The position numbers and the translations under genes were made by a program. A stretch of DNA of 64,000 bases from an uncultured Clostridium sp. GTDB taxonomy: Bacteria > Bacillota > Clostridia > TANB77 > CAG-508. The notes under the pieces are model-generated. The model had not been told where the DNA came from, did not search any database, and was given only the letters and a program-made list of their open reading frames with translations. The DNA lies in NCBI GenBank assembly GCA_946500615.1, contig CAMMWP010000002.1:29968-93967 (forward strand), read 5' to 3'. Shown here in pieces: positions 9,864 through 19,401 of the stretch; positions within the stretch are counted from its first letter, which is position 1; the number at the start of each line of letters is the position of its first letter.

Positions 9864-9986
9864 ATGGTAGAAATACAAACATTAATTGCAACAATATACA
9901 TATTATATTATTCATTAATTGGCGTAACTATCATAGCTCTTACTTCGATAATAGCACTTGTAATACTACTTTGTAAGAGCAAATAA
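9864..9986 (+). CDS. 41-aa hydrophobic peptide with a C-terminal KSK; candidate type I toxin
   Basis: Promoter-like ttgcaa..tatagtat at 9782-9815. Strong SD aaggaggtg. Peptide is MVEIQTLIATIYILYYSLIGVTIIALTSIIALVILLCKSK. Followed by a rho-independent terminator. Confidence 0.45.
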   Translation: MVEIQTLIATIYILYYSLIGVTIIALTSIIALVILLCKSK

Positions 9987-9994
9987 ACCAAAAA

Positions 9995-10036
9995 AACAGA
10001 CACATCTGTAAACTCGCCAAAGTTTGATGTGTCTAA
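9995..10036 (+). terminator. Rho-independent terminator hairpin (agacacatc ... gatgtgtct)
   Basis: 9-bp stem plus a downstream A/T run. Confidence 0.5.
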
Positions 10037-10771
10037 AACATTATTCCGAGGTTGACCACGTTTGTGGTTTCTCCATTTCCTATAATTATTATACACAGAT
10101 TAAATGGATTTGTCAAATATAATTTTTTAATAAAATTGCATAAAAAGTGATATTTGCAACAGAAAAAAATAAAAATAAGTGTATAATAATAATTAAGTAT
10201 TAAAATGTATTAATTAAATAAGAGAGGAGGAATGACGAAGGAACTTAGATTCAAGTTAAATAAGACCTTTCAATAAATAAAAATTTATAGAAAGGAGGAA
10301 TTTTAAGGAAGTATCCTTTAATATGCTTAATAAGAATATTAATATTAATAATAATTTTTTTATTTGGTGAAGATACAATTCCAATCATAAAAGATTGGTT
10401 GCTTGGAGAATTGATTAGTTATTTCATAAAATCATTTTATACTAGTAAAATTAAAACTGAGCCAAAAAATGAAATAATTGTAAATATAAATCAAAATAAT
10501 TATTATACAGTAATAAAAAAACAATAATCCAAATTCCTAAACTTGTCTAAAACCTTTAAATTATTCCTATTTGTGTTAATAAAAGTAAGAATAAGTGATT
10601 AAGTTCATTTATTCTTTTTAGTTTCTATTGAGATTTCACGAATAATCTCTTAAAATCATACCAATAAACATTTTTGGATAAAACCAATAAATATTTATTG
10701 GAATGTGAAAATTTATTGCCCTCGTAACCTTTGACAAAATCTAAAAAGTTTGGTTTATAAAAATCCGCCAT

Positions 10772-10920
10772 GCCATAGAAGTAGCATGGGGAAGAGGACA
10801 AACGGATGTTGTAGAAAGTATATTTGGATACACCGTATCAGCAGCAAAAGGTAAGCCAACTAATAGTGAATTTATAGCAATGATAGCTGATAAATTAAGG
10901 CTAGAATTAAAATCAGCATA
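10772..10920 (+). pseudogene. Displaced second copy of the spo0A 3' end (last 50 codons, about 85% nt identity, mostly synonymous differences); att-associated
   Basis: Encodes [50 protein letters not shown]. spo0A positions 2058-2210 encode [50 protein letters not shown]. Confidence 0.8.
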
Positions 10921-11700
10921 ATGAATAATCTAGTATGTTTGAAGGTATTGATATAATAAGAATACGGAAATTTATAAAATATGATTTTATAGCTATAAAC
11001 TATATGAAAATAGTCATAAAATAAGTGAAAAATCAGAGGTTAAGGCTATAAATGAAATATTCATAGGACAATAAACTTCTAAAATTTATTGGTTAATATT
11101 AAAAAACGTTAATCAGTAAGTTTTGGAATTTTTTTTCATATGTGTAAAACATGTGGATATTGGCATTATCAACAATATAAAGATGTTGAAGAAATAGTTA
11201 ATCACTCATCACCATCAGTTACATTAAGATACATTGGAATAAATCAGGATAACATAGATAAATCATATATGAATTTTAGTTTATAAAAATGTAAAATTTT
11301 ACAATGTTCGCTTGATTTTTGCAAACAAATGTTATATAGTATTAAACATAGGAAATGAGAATAAGCGGAGTGTGTTGCCACCTTTTACTCTTTGATGTGT
11401 ACATATTTATTCCACAGCTTTTAGCTTGTGAGATTGACTGGCTGGTGGTGGTGCTATGGTAGAAACAGCTTATTAGTAATCATCAAACTACTTTTCCTTG
11501 GATTAGTAGGTGTAACTATCATAAATTTTGCCTTAGTATTCATCATCTTGTATTTACTACATAGGCAATAAAAATAACCATTCTGCTTTGACGGGTCGAA
11601 TGGTTATTTTATTCTTCTCGGCAACCACAAAGTGGTTTCTTCATTTCTTATAATTATTATACACAGATTAAATGGATTTGTCAAATAATAATTTTCCCAT
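10921..11700. mobile_element. Remnant of a second, related element E2: a left end homologous to 2211-2400, fused to the 3' fragment of the small recombinase and a disrupted toxin-peptide region
   Basis: 10975-11110 matches 2265-2400. 11140-11285 encodes ...WHYQQYKDVEEIVNHSSPSVTLRYIGINQDNIDKSYMNFSL*, matching the 3' end of 9187..9747. 11630-11690 matches 10060-10120. Confidence 0.6.
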
Positions 11701-11820
11701 CTGTACCACCTAATATTATTATGTACAAAAATAAATAATAGTATAAAAATAATGCAAATAGAGTTATCTGTCATGTTCGCTAGACAATAAAGTAAAAATA
11801 TAATGTACTAATTAACATAG

Positions 11821-11888
11821 GAAAGAGAAGAACAAGAAGCAGTTGAAAATATCTTTGGATAAACAACAAGCGTGGTACTGCAAAGCGT
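11821..11888 (+). pseudogene. Third, highly degenerate relic of the spo0A 3' end (likely the original chromosomal copy)
   Basis: acaagaagcagttgaaaatatctttggata aligns 25/30 with spo0A acaagaaattgttgagaatatatttggata. The frame is broken by TAA. Confidence 0.5.
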
Positions 11889-11983
11889 AAAAATAAAAAA
11901 ATAATCATATAGTATGAATTTGTATAAAATGAAAAATTATGGAAATACTGAAGATAAATACATAAGAAACTAAGGAGGTACAG

Positions 11984-12319
11984 ATGGAAGATATTGATTT
12001 AAAAAATATGATAATTTTAAAAGATTTACCATCAAATATAGTAAAAGAAGCGTATGTGGTATTCAAATCTAATAAAATGATAAAAAAATTTCAGAAAATT
12101 AATAAAAATAAAGAAAAAAAACAAATTGACAGAGAATGTGAAGAAGGCCAATATGCAATAAAAGAAGCAGAAATGTTAGTATCAGAATATATAGAAAAAG
12201 TAGAAAAATCTGAAAAAGAAGTCATATTAAATTCCAAAGTGAACAAAAAATTAAAAAGATATGCATATATAACAAGTATGATTATCGTTTTACAATTTAT
12301 ATTATTAATCATTAAATAG
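11984..12319 (+). CDS. Hypothetical protein with a C-terminal TM segment
   Basis: RBS aaggaggt. 111 aa, K/E-rich with a hydrophobic tail. Confidence 0.5.
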   Translation: MEDIDLKNMIILKDLPSNIVKEAYVVFKSNKMIKKFQKINKNKEKKQIDRECEEGQYAIKEAEMLVSEYIEKVEKSEKEVILNSKVNKKLKRYAYITSMIIVLQFILLIIK

Positions 12320-12381
12320 GCATAAAATACCTTTTCCAAACATATAGTTTAACAAGAAACGAAGGAAGAGGTGTTTTTTTA

Positions 12382-13275
12382 ATGGAAAGAGTAATGACAG
12401 TAGAAGAAAGAATCAAACGAGCAGAAGAAATATATGCAAGGCGAAAAAGAAATGAAGGACTGACAGTTATTAAAGATGAAGATATCAAAAAAGAAAAATC
12501 TGAAAAAAAAGATATAAAATTATTAAAAAAAATGTTAATTCAATTAATGGTTTGTGTATGTATATATTTAGTCATTTATATCATACAAAATAACCAATAC
12601 ATATTTTCAGAAGATTTTATTCACAAAGTAAATGAAATCATATCATATGATATTGACTTAAAAAAAATTTATGAAGACACAAAAAACTATATAATGAGTA
12701 TCTTCAATAAAGAAAAAGAAGAAGAAAACAAAGAAGAAGAGCAAAATGATCAAACAAATACGACGCAAAGCAATGAAGCAAATAATGGAATTGGAGGTGC
12801 AGTAGAAGAAACAAATAAGGAACCAGAGCAAGAAAAAGAAAATGAGGTTTTATCACAAGAAGAACAAGACATTTTAAATGTAAAAAATACAGCTAACTTT
12901 ATAAGACCGGTGGAGGGAACAATTAGTTCTGTATATGGATACAGGGAAACAGCAACAGGTACAGTGCCCAAAAATCATACAGGAACAGATATAGCAGCAA
13001 CAATGGGGACAAAAATAAAATCAGCAACAGATGGGCAGGTAGTTTTAGTTTCAGAAGAAGGAGATTATGGAAAACATATAAAAATACAAATTGGAGAAGT
13101 GAGTATTATTTATGCACACTGTAATAGCTTATATGTAAAAGAGGGGGAACAAGTAACACAAGGACAAGAAATAGCAGAAGTAGGATCTACAGGAAATTCG
13201 ACAGGTCCACATTTACATTTTGAAATTAGAATATCAGAAAGAACAGTTGACCCACAAAAGATACTAGAATTATAA
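12382..13275 (+). CDS. M23-family peptidase-domain membrane protein (SpoIVFA-like)
   Basis: N-terminal TM segment, C-terminal LytM/M23 motifs HTGTDIAA and GPHLHFEI. Lies immediately upstream of the SpoIVFB homolog. Confidence 0.6.
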   Translation: MERVMTVEERIKRAEEIYARRKRNEGLTVIKDEDIKKEKSEKKDIKLLKKMLIQLMVCVCIYLVIYIIQNNQYIFSEDFIHKVNEIISYDIDLKKIYEDTKNYIMSIFNKEKEEENKEEEQNDQTNTTQSNEANNGIGGAVEETNKEPEQEKENEVLSQEEQDILNVKNTANFIRPVEGTISSVYGYRETATGTVPKNHTGTDIAATMGTKIKSATDGQVVLVSEEGDYGKHIKIQIGEVSIIYAHCNSLYVKEGEQVTQGQEIAEVGSTGNSTGPHLHFEIRISERTVDPQKILEL

Positions 13276-13285
13276 AGGAGACAAC

Positions 13286-13996
13286 ATGAAATTTAGAATC
13301 GATTTGAAAATATTTATATTTATGATATTGTTTTTGATAACAAATCAGATAAAAATATATGCAATGATCATGCTATTTGCGATTATTCATGAATTAGGAC
13401 ATTTAGTCGCAGGAATATTATTAGGAATGCATGCCGAAAAAATAGAAATAAAACCATTTGGGGTAGCAATAGATTTGAATATAAAGAGAAAAGATTATAT
13501 GGTTAAACTACGAAGAGGAAATATTTTAGAAGTAAAAAAAATCATAGTGGCTTTAGCAGGTCCTTTAACAAATGCATTTATCATTTTGATACTATCAGCA
13601 CCACCAATTTTTCGATTAAATCCAGAAGAAACCATAGTAATGATTTTTTCTAACATTACTTTAATTTTATTTAACATATTACCAATTTATCCATTAGATG
13701 GTGGCAGAATCATTAAAAGCATGATGTATATTGTAAAAGGAAAACAACGTGCAGAAAAATACACATATTATATTTCTTACATAACACTAGTAGTGATAAC
13801 AATGATAAGTAGCATAGCAATTTTGTATTTGAAAAATATTGCTATATTTTTAGTAGTTATTGTTTTATGGGGATTACAAATGAAAGAGCAAAAAATATAT
13901 AGAAATAAAATGACATTATATGAAATAATAGAAAAAGAAATGAAAAAAGATGAATGTAAAAATATAAAAATTCCTATTGAAAATAAAATAAATTAA
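13286..13996 (+). CDS. spoIVFB: Site-2 protease, M50 family (SpoIVFB-like, pro-sigma-K processing)
   Basis: HELGHLVAG zinc motif in a TM helix and a second LDGGR motif. Multi-TM protein. Confidence 0.7.
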   Translation: MKFRIDLKIFIFMILFLITNQIKIYAMIMLFAIIHELGHLVAGILLGMHAEKIEIKPFGVAIDLNIKRKDYMVKLRRGNILEVKKIIVALAGPLTNAFIILILSAPPIFRLNPEETIVMIFSNITLILFNILPIYPLDGGRIIKSMMYIVKGKQRAEKYTYYISYITLVVITMISSIAILYLKNIAIFLVVIVLWGLQMKEQKIYRNKMTLYEIIEKEMKKDECKNIKIPIENKIN

Positions 13997-14028
13997 TAGT
14001 AAACTATACTAAAGAAAGTTGGAGGTAA

Positions 14029-15459
14029 ATGCAAATGATAAAAAAGGAGAAGGGTATTACAGTGATTTCATTATCAATAGCAGTCATTATTATATTGGCA
14101 ATAACAGGAATGATTTTATATTCAGCAAAAGATAGTATATATATACAAAGATTAACCAATATGCAAAATGATATAGCGAATTTAAGAGATAAAGTATCAC
14201 TATATTATTCAGAGTATGGAGAAATACCAGCAAAAACAGAATATTTTGACATTAGTAATTTACAAACATCAGGGGTTATTGGAGCCAATGATACAGGAAA
14301 ATTTCTAATCTTAGAAATAGAGAATCTAGAAGGATTAACATTAAATTATGGAAAGGATTATGAAAAATATAAAGCCAATGATTATACCGATTTAGCAGAC
14401 TTAACAGATATATATATTATAAATGATGTCAGTCACAATATTTTTTATGTGCAAGGAATTAATGTAAAAGAAAATGACCAAATGAAAACATATTATACAG
14501 ATTATACAGAAGGAGATAAACAGGAAGTTCAATTAATAGAGATAAAAGAAAATACAATAAAAGTAGGAGACTATGTAAATTATACATATGATGAAAAGAA
14601 TCAAGGCTATACTCTATTAGCATCACAAAGTGGATATATAAATGATCAAACGATTAATCAAAAAAGTGAAATGAAATGGAGAATTTTGAATATTCATACA
14701 GATGGAACAGTAGATTTAATAGGGGATATCAATTCATTTGATCAAACAGTGTATTTCATGGGAGGGCTTGGATATAACAATGGAGTATATTTATTAAATG
14801 ACATATGTAAAGAACTGTATAGCAATAGCAATTTAGAAATAGAAGCAAGAAGTATAAATTTAGAAGATATAGAAAATCAAATGAGTGAGGAAGGAATTAG
14901 AGCAAGAAATACTTATAATAATGGAACAATAACATATGGAAAGAGCAAAACATATACAGAAAATAATACAAATTATCCAAACTTATATGCAAGGGAAAAT
15001 GGAAGTGGAATTAATTCACAAGAACCCAAAAAAGATGGAATAGAAGTAAGTGATAATGGATATACAAGTCAGACACAAGAAATATCTACTAAAGCAGATA
15101 GCTTAACAGTAACACAAAACAGATATTATTTTAGTAATCCACCAGCAAGTTATTTTAAAGACTATGATGGTAATAGTAGTGCAATAAAAGACTTGTTATT
15201 TGAAACAGAAACAGAATATTGGTTAGCTTCTCGTTTTGCCAATTGTTATTCAGTCAATGTGGATTTTGGATTATGCAATATAGCTACTAATAAACTTAAT
15301 GAAGATATATTGTTGTATGATTCTACTAGTGATACTACAGGGGAAGGAAACAGACGTATACGTCCAGTGATTTCTCTAGGAAATGATATTGAAATTACAG
15401 CAGTAGAAAATGCTGATGGAAGCAATACAAAAAATATGCACCAAATTAGTAAAAAATAG
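14029..15459 (+). CDS. Hypothetical 476-aa membrane-anchored protein with a pilin-like N-terminus. Sits where minC is expected.
   Basis: N-terminus KKEKGITVISLSIAVIIILAITGMILYS. Mostly N/Y/T-rich extracellular-looking sequence. No MinC motifs. Confidence 0.45.
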   Translation: MQMIKKEKGITVISLSIAVIIILAITGMILYSAKDSIYIQRLTNMQNDIANLRDKVSLYYSEYGEIPAKTEYFDISNLQTSGVIGANDTGKFLILEIENLEGLTLNYGKDYEKYKANDYTDLADLTDIYIINDVSHNIFYVQGINVKENDQMKTYYTDYTEGDKQEVQLIEIKENTIKVGDYVNYTYDEKNQGYTLLASQSGYINDQTINQKSEMKWRILNIHTDGTVDLIGDINSFDQTVYFMGGLGYNNGVYLLNDICKELYSNSNLEIEARSINLEDIENQMSEEGIRARNTYNNGTITYGKSKTYTENNTNYPNLYARENGSGINSQEPKKDGIEVSDNGYTSQTQEISTKADSLTVTQNRYYFSNPPASYFKDYDGNSSAIKDLLFETETEYWLASRFANCYSVNVDFGLCNIATNKLNEDILLYDSTSDTTGEGNRRIRPVISLGNDIEITAVENADGSNTKNMHQISKK

Positions 15460-15669
15460 ACAGTAAAAATTCAAGAAGCGAAAATACTACTTGAATTTTT
15501 TGTTATATACAAAAAAGGGATTGTAAATTGCTACAAAATGTAATGAAATTGTAACAATTTAGCAATCTTTTTGTAATTTTAGCATGAAATATGATTGACA
15601 ATTAATGGATTTCGTTATATGATATACACATCAAAAATATGTGTTTTTAAAATCCTAAGGAGGAAAATT

Positions 15670-16464
15670 ATGGGAGAAGTAATTGTTATCACATCAGGAA
15701 AAGGTGGAGTAGGAAAAACAACAACAACAGCAAATTTAGGCTCAAGCTTAGCATTAGAAGGAAAAAAAGTAGTTTTAATTGATACAGACATAGGATTACG
15801 TAATTTAGACGTTGTTATGGGATTAGAAAATAGAATTGTATATGACATTGTTGATGTTGTAGAAGAAAAATGTAAATTAAGACAAGCATTGATAAAAGAT
15901 AAACGATTTAAAGAATTATACCTATTACCAGCAGCCCAAACAAGAGATAAAAGTGCAGTAAATGAAGAACAAATGAGAAACTTAGTAGGCACATTAAAAG
16001 AAGAATTTGATTATATTTTAATAGATTGTCCAGCAGGAATAGAACAAGGTTTCAAAAATGCCATAGCTGGGGCTGATAGAGCAATCGTTGTAACCACTGC
16101 TGAAATATCTGCTATTAGAGATGCAGATAGAATTATAGGTCTATTAGAATCATCTGACATTAAAAATCCAGAATTAGTCATTAATAGAATTAGACCAAAC
16201 ATGGTAAGAAAAGGAGAAATGATGGATGTAGATGATATTGTAGATTTATTGTCTATTGATCTAATTGGTGTCGTACCAGATGATGAATATATTATTACAC
16301 AAACAAATAAAGGAGAGCCAGTCATACAAAATAGAAGGGCACCATCAGGAAAAGCATACATAGAAATTGCAAAAAGAGTATTAGGAGAAAAAATAGAAGT
16401 GACGATACCGGGAAGAGAAAAGGGATTTTTTGCAAAGATAAAAAGATTATTTAAAAAATCATAA
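15670..16464 (+). CDS. minD: Septum site-determining ATPase MinD
   Basis: RBS aaggagg. Deviant Walker A GKGGVGKTTT. MinD-typical length and motifs. Confidence 0.9.
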   Translation: MGEVIVITSGKGGVGKTTTTANLGSSLALEGKKVVLIDTDIGLRNLDVVMGLENRIVYDIVDVVEEKCKLRQALIKDKRFKELYLLPAAQTRDKSAVNEEQMRNLVGTLKEEFDYILIDCPAGIEQGFKNAIAGADRAIVVTTAEISAIRDADRIIGLLESSDIKNPELVINRIRPNMVRKGEMMDVDDIVDLLSIDLIGVVPDDEYIITQTNKGEPVIQNRRAPSGKAYIEIAKRVLGEKIEVTIPGREKGFFAKIKRLFKKS

Positions 16465-16498
16465 ATAGATAGAACAAAAGTTGGAGGGTAATTGAATA

Positions 16499-17065
16499 AT
16501 GTTTGAAAGCATAATGAAATTCTTTAATAAAATGAGAAAAAAAGAAGAAAAAGTAGCATCAAATTCTAAAGAAGCTGCGAAAGAAAGATTACATTTAGTA
16601 CTAATGCAAGATAGAGCAAATGTTTCAGCAGACTTTTTAGAACTAATGAAACAAGAAATCATAGAAGTAATAAAAAAATATATAGATGTAGATGAAGGAG
16701 CAATAGATGTAAGATTAACGAACAAAGAAAATGAAGATGGTACAAATGGCGCTCCAGCTTTATATGCCAACATTCCTATTTTAAACATAAAAAATGAAGC
16801 TAGAAAAATAGAAAAACAAAATAAAAAAGAAGAAAAAAATAAGGAAAGTAAAGAAGAAACACAAGCAAAACAAGAAAATACACCACAAGAAGATAAAAAA
16901 GAAACCATACAAGCAGAAGCAAATAATCAGAAAGAGCATACAGAGAAGAAAAATATAAAGAAAAGTGAAAATGAAAATAAAGATGATGAAAAAGATATAA
17001 AAGAAATTGCAGAAGAAAAAGAAACAAAAGAAGAATTAAATCAAGATAAGAAAAGCGTAAATTAG
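16499..17065 (+). CDS. minE: Cell division topological specificity factor MinE with a roughly 100-aa K/E-rich C-terminal extension
   Basis: N-terminal MFESIMKFFNK...ERLHLVLMQDR...LYANIPILN is a canonical MinE of about 90 aa. It is followed by low-complexity KEEKNKESKEE... up to 188 aa. Confidence 0.8.
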   Translation: MFESIMKFFNKMRKKEEKVASNSKEAAKERLHLVLMQDRANVSADFLELMKQEIIEVIKKYIDVDEGAIDVRLTNKENEDGTNGAPALYANIPILNIKNEARKIEKQNKKEEKNKESKEETQAKQENTPQEDKKETIQAEANNQKEHTEKKNIKKSENENKDDEKDIKEIAEEKETKEELNQDKKSVN

Positions 17066-17182
17066 TCAAGTAAAGTCTATTATGTAGTACTTATAAAACA
17101 TAGGGAGCTTGTATGTAGAAAATCTATAGGACCAAGCTAGAAATGATTTTCTTATATAAAAAAATAGAAAAAGAGTGATTTA

Positions 17183-18289
17183 ATGAGAAAAAGAGAATTA
17201 AAAAATATGGAGTGGGGAATTCTAATTACTGCAATTATTCTATGTGTTATAGGAATAGTTGCTTTATTTTCGGCCACACAAGAAACAGAATATGAAGAAT
17301 TTACAAAACAAATTATATGGTTTGTTGTTAGTTTAGTGATAATGATAGGCATTATGTTTATAGACTATAATTTGTTGCTAAAAGCATCTCCCATAGTATA
17401 TGGAATATTTATTGTACTATTAATTGGCGTCATGTTTACAACACCAATTAATGGAGCAACAAGTTGGTTTAATATAGCTGGATTTTCGTTCCAACCAGGA
17501 GAATTTGCGAAAATATTTGTTATTTTATTTTTAACATATACTATCATAAAAATACAACGTAAAGGGCAAGAAGAAATCAATAGAATAACTAGATTACTTA
17601 TACCATTAGCTGTAGTAGGATTGCCGGTTTTATTAATTATTATGCAACCAGATTATGGAACAGCACTAGCCTATATAGTAGCTACAGCATTAATGCTGTT
17701 TTCAGCAGGATTAGATAAGAAATATATTATAGGTACGATATTATTAATTGTAATTGCTGTGCCAATATTATATAATTTTGTGTTGCCAGAACATGCTAAG
17801 CAAAGAATAGATATATTTTTACATCCAGAATCAGATCCAAGAGGAGCAGGATATAATATTCTTCAATCAAAATTGGCAATTGGTGCTGGTGGATTGACAG
17901 GGATGGGATTATTAAAAGGAAACCAAACACAATTAGGTTTTTTATATCCTAAAACAACAGATTTTATTTATTCTGTTATTGGAGAAGAAATGGGATTTAT
18001 TGTAGCAGGAGGTATTATATTACTGTATGTATACTTAATAACCAAATGTATCTATATTGCTAAAACAGCAAAAGATAGGGCAGGTTCATTAATAGCTATA
18101 GGAATAACAGGTGTTTTTCTATTTCACATAATAGAAAATATAGGAATGGTTATGGGATTATTACCAATAACAGGTGTACCTTTGCCATTTATAAGTTATG
18201 GAGGAAGTTCTTTAATTACAAATTTTATATGTATCGGTCTTTTATTAAATATTAGTGGAAAAAGACAAAAAACAATATTTGTGCAATAA
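17183..18289 (+). CDS. rodA: Rod-shape determining protein RodA (SEDS family)
   Basis: 10-TM FtsW/RodA/SpoVE-family signature (GFSFQPGEFAKI, PESDPRGAGYN, GGSSL). Confidence 0.85.
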   Translation: MRKRELKNMEWGILITAIILCVIGIVALFSATQETEYEEFTKQIIWFVVSLVIMIGIMFIDYNLLLKASPIVYGIFIVLLIGVMFTTPINGATSWFNIAGFSFQPGEFAKIFVILFLTYTIIKIQRKGQEEINRITRLLIPLAVVGLPVLLIIMQPDYGTALAYIVATALMLFSAGLDKKYIIGTILLIVIAVPILYNFVLPEHAKQRIDIFLHPESDPRGAGYNILQSKLAIGAGGLTGMGLLKGNQTQLGFLYPKTTDFIYSVIGEEMGFIVAGGIILLYVYLITKCIYIAKTAKDRAGSLIAIGITGVFLFHIIENIGMVMGLLPITGVPLPFISYGGSSLITNFICIGLLLNISGKRQKTIFVQ

Positions 18290-18328
18290 TTGTACAAATA
18301 TTTTATATATTAATAAGAAGGAGAAAAA

Positions 18329-19303
18329 ATGGGGTATTTACAAAAATTAAAAATAGGAAATGTAGAATTAGAAAATAATTTAATATTAGCCCCAATGGCA
18401 GGAGTAACCAATAGACCCTTTCGAATCATTTGTAAAGATTATGGGGCAGGTATGGTATGTACAGAAATGGCAAGTGCAAGAGCAATGTTTCATAATGATG
18501 CAAAGACAAATAGGTTATTAAATACAGAAGGAGAAAAAAGACCAATTAGTATGCAAATATTTGGAAGTGATGAGGAATCTATGGTCTATGCAACAAAGTA
18601 TGTAAGCGATATGGCAGATATTATTGATATTAATATGGGATGCCCGGCACCAAAAGTTGTAAAAAATGGTGATGGCAGTAAATTATTATTAGATCTAGAA
18701 AAAGCAGAGTGTATTTTAAAATGTGTTGTTCAAAATGCAAAAGTTCCAGTTACATTGAAAATACGAAAAGGTTGGGACAAAGAAAATATAGTAGCAGTTG
18801 AAATTGCCAAAATAGCAGAAAAAGTAGGTATATCAGCAATTACTGTACATGGAAGAACAAGAAGCGAATTTTATACAGGGACAGCCGATTTAGATATCAT
18901 CAAAAAAGTAAAAGAAAGCGTAAAAATTCCTGTTATAGGAAATGGAGATGTTGTAGATGGGGAAACAGCAAGTAAAATGTTTGAGTATACAGGCGTAGAT
19001 GGCATTATGATAGGAAGAGGTACTTTTGGAAATCCATGGGTATTTCAACAAATTATCAGTTATTTGAAAACAGGAAAGACATTGGAAGAGCCATCAAAAG
19101 AGGAAAGATTGAAAGTTATGAAAAAACATATTGCATTAGCAGTAGAAGAAAAGGGAGAAATAGCTGTTAAAGAGTTAAGAAAACACATTGCTTGGTATAC
19201 AAAAAATTTAAAAAATTCTAGTGAATTTAGAGCATCAATTAATAGAATAGAAACAAAAGATGAATTGTTAGAAAAAATAGAAGAATATTTTAAAACATTG
19301 TGA
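18329..19303 (+). CDS. dus: tRNA-dihydrouridine synthase
   Basis: LAPMAGVTNRPFR...MGCPAPKV...GNGDV: Dus TIM-barrel motifs. Confidence 0.85.
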   Translation: MGYLQKLKIGNVELENNLILAPMAGVTNRPFRIICKDYGAGMVCTEMASARAMFHNDAKTNRLLNTEGEKRPISMQIFGSDEESMVYATKYVSDMADIIDINMGCPAPKVVKNGDGSKLLLDLEKAECILKCVVQNAKVPVTLKIRKGWDKENIVAVEIAKIAEKVGISAITVHGRTRSEFYTGTADLDIIKKVKESVKIPVIGNGDVVDGETASKMFEYTGVDGIMIGRGTFGNPWVFQQIISYLKTGKTLEEPSKEERLKVMKKHIALAVEEKGEIAVKELRKHIAWYTKNLKNSSEFRASINRIETKDELLEKIEEYFKTL

Positions 19304-19401
19304 ATAAAATGAAACAAGAAACTATTTGTAAAATTATATACAAATAGTTTATGTTTTTTATATATTAGGAAAGTCATGCTGACTTTCTAATATATAAAAA
19401 C

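Larger units (their letters stand above)
2211..10771. mobile_element. Integrated satellite/PICI-like island E1 at the spo0A 3' end (int, repressor, primase-helicase, ori, small recombinase, toxin-like peptide)
   Basis: Bounded on the left by spo0A 3' copy 1 plus a 190-bp element end (2211-2400), and on the right by spo0A 3' copy 2 (10772-10920). The left end is repeated at 10921-11110. Confidence 0.6.

Noticed and set aside
9908-10096. Minus-strand 62-aa ORF overlapping the terminator after the toxin-like peptide
   Set aside because: It lies across a strong hairpin and has no RBS. A more interesting possibility is an antisense RNA rather than a protein.
10313-10520. Short ORFs in the E1 right-end spacer (for example MLNKNININNNFFYLVKIQFQS)
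   Set aside because: AT-rich chance frames with no start context. The region is more likely att-arm or non-coding DNA.
16800-17069. A repetitive K/E-rich stretch and a long minus-strand ORF (16459..16908 and 16800..17069, FFLL-rich) that could look like a repeat array or CRISPR
   Set aside because: It is the low-complexity coding tail of minE read on the opposite strand. No spacer/repeat periodicity. No CRISPR arrays anywhere in the window.
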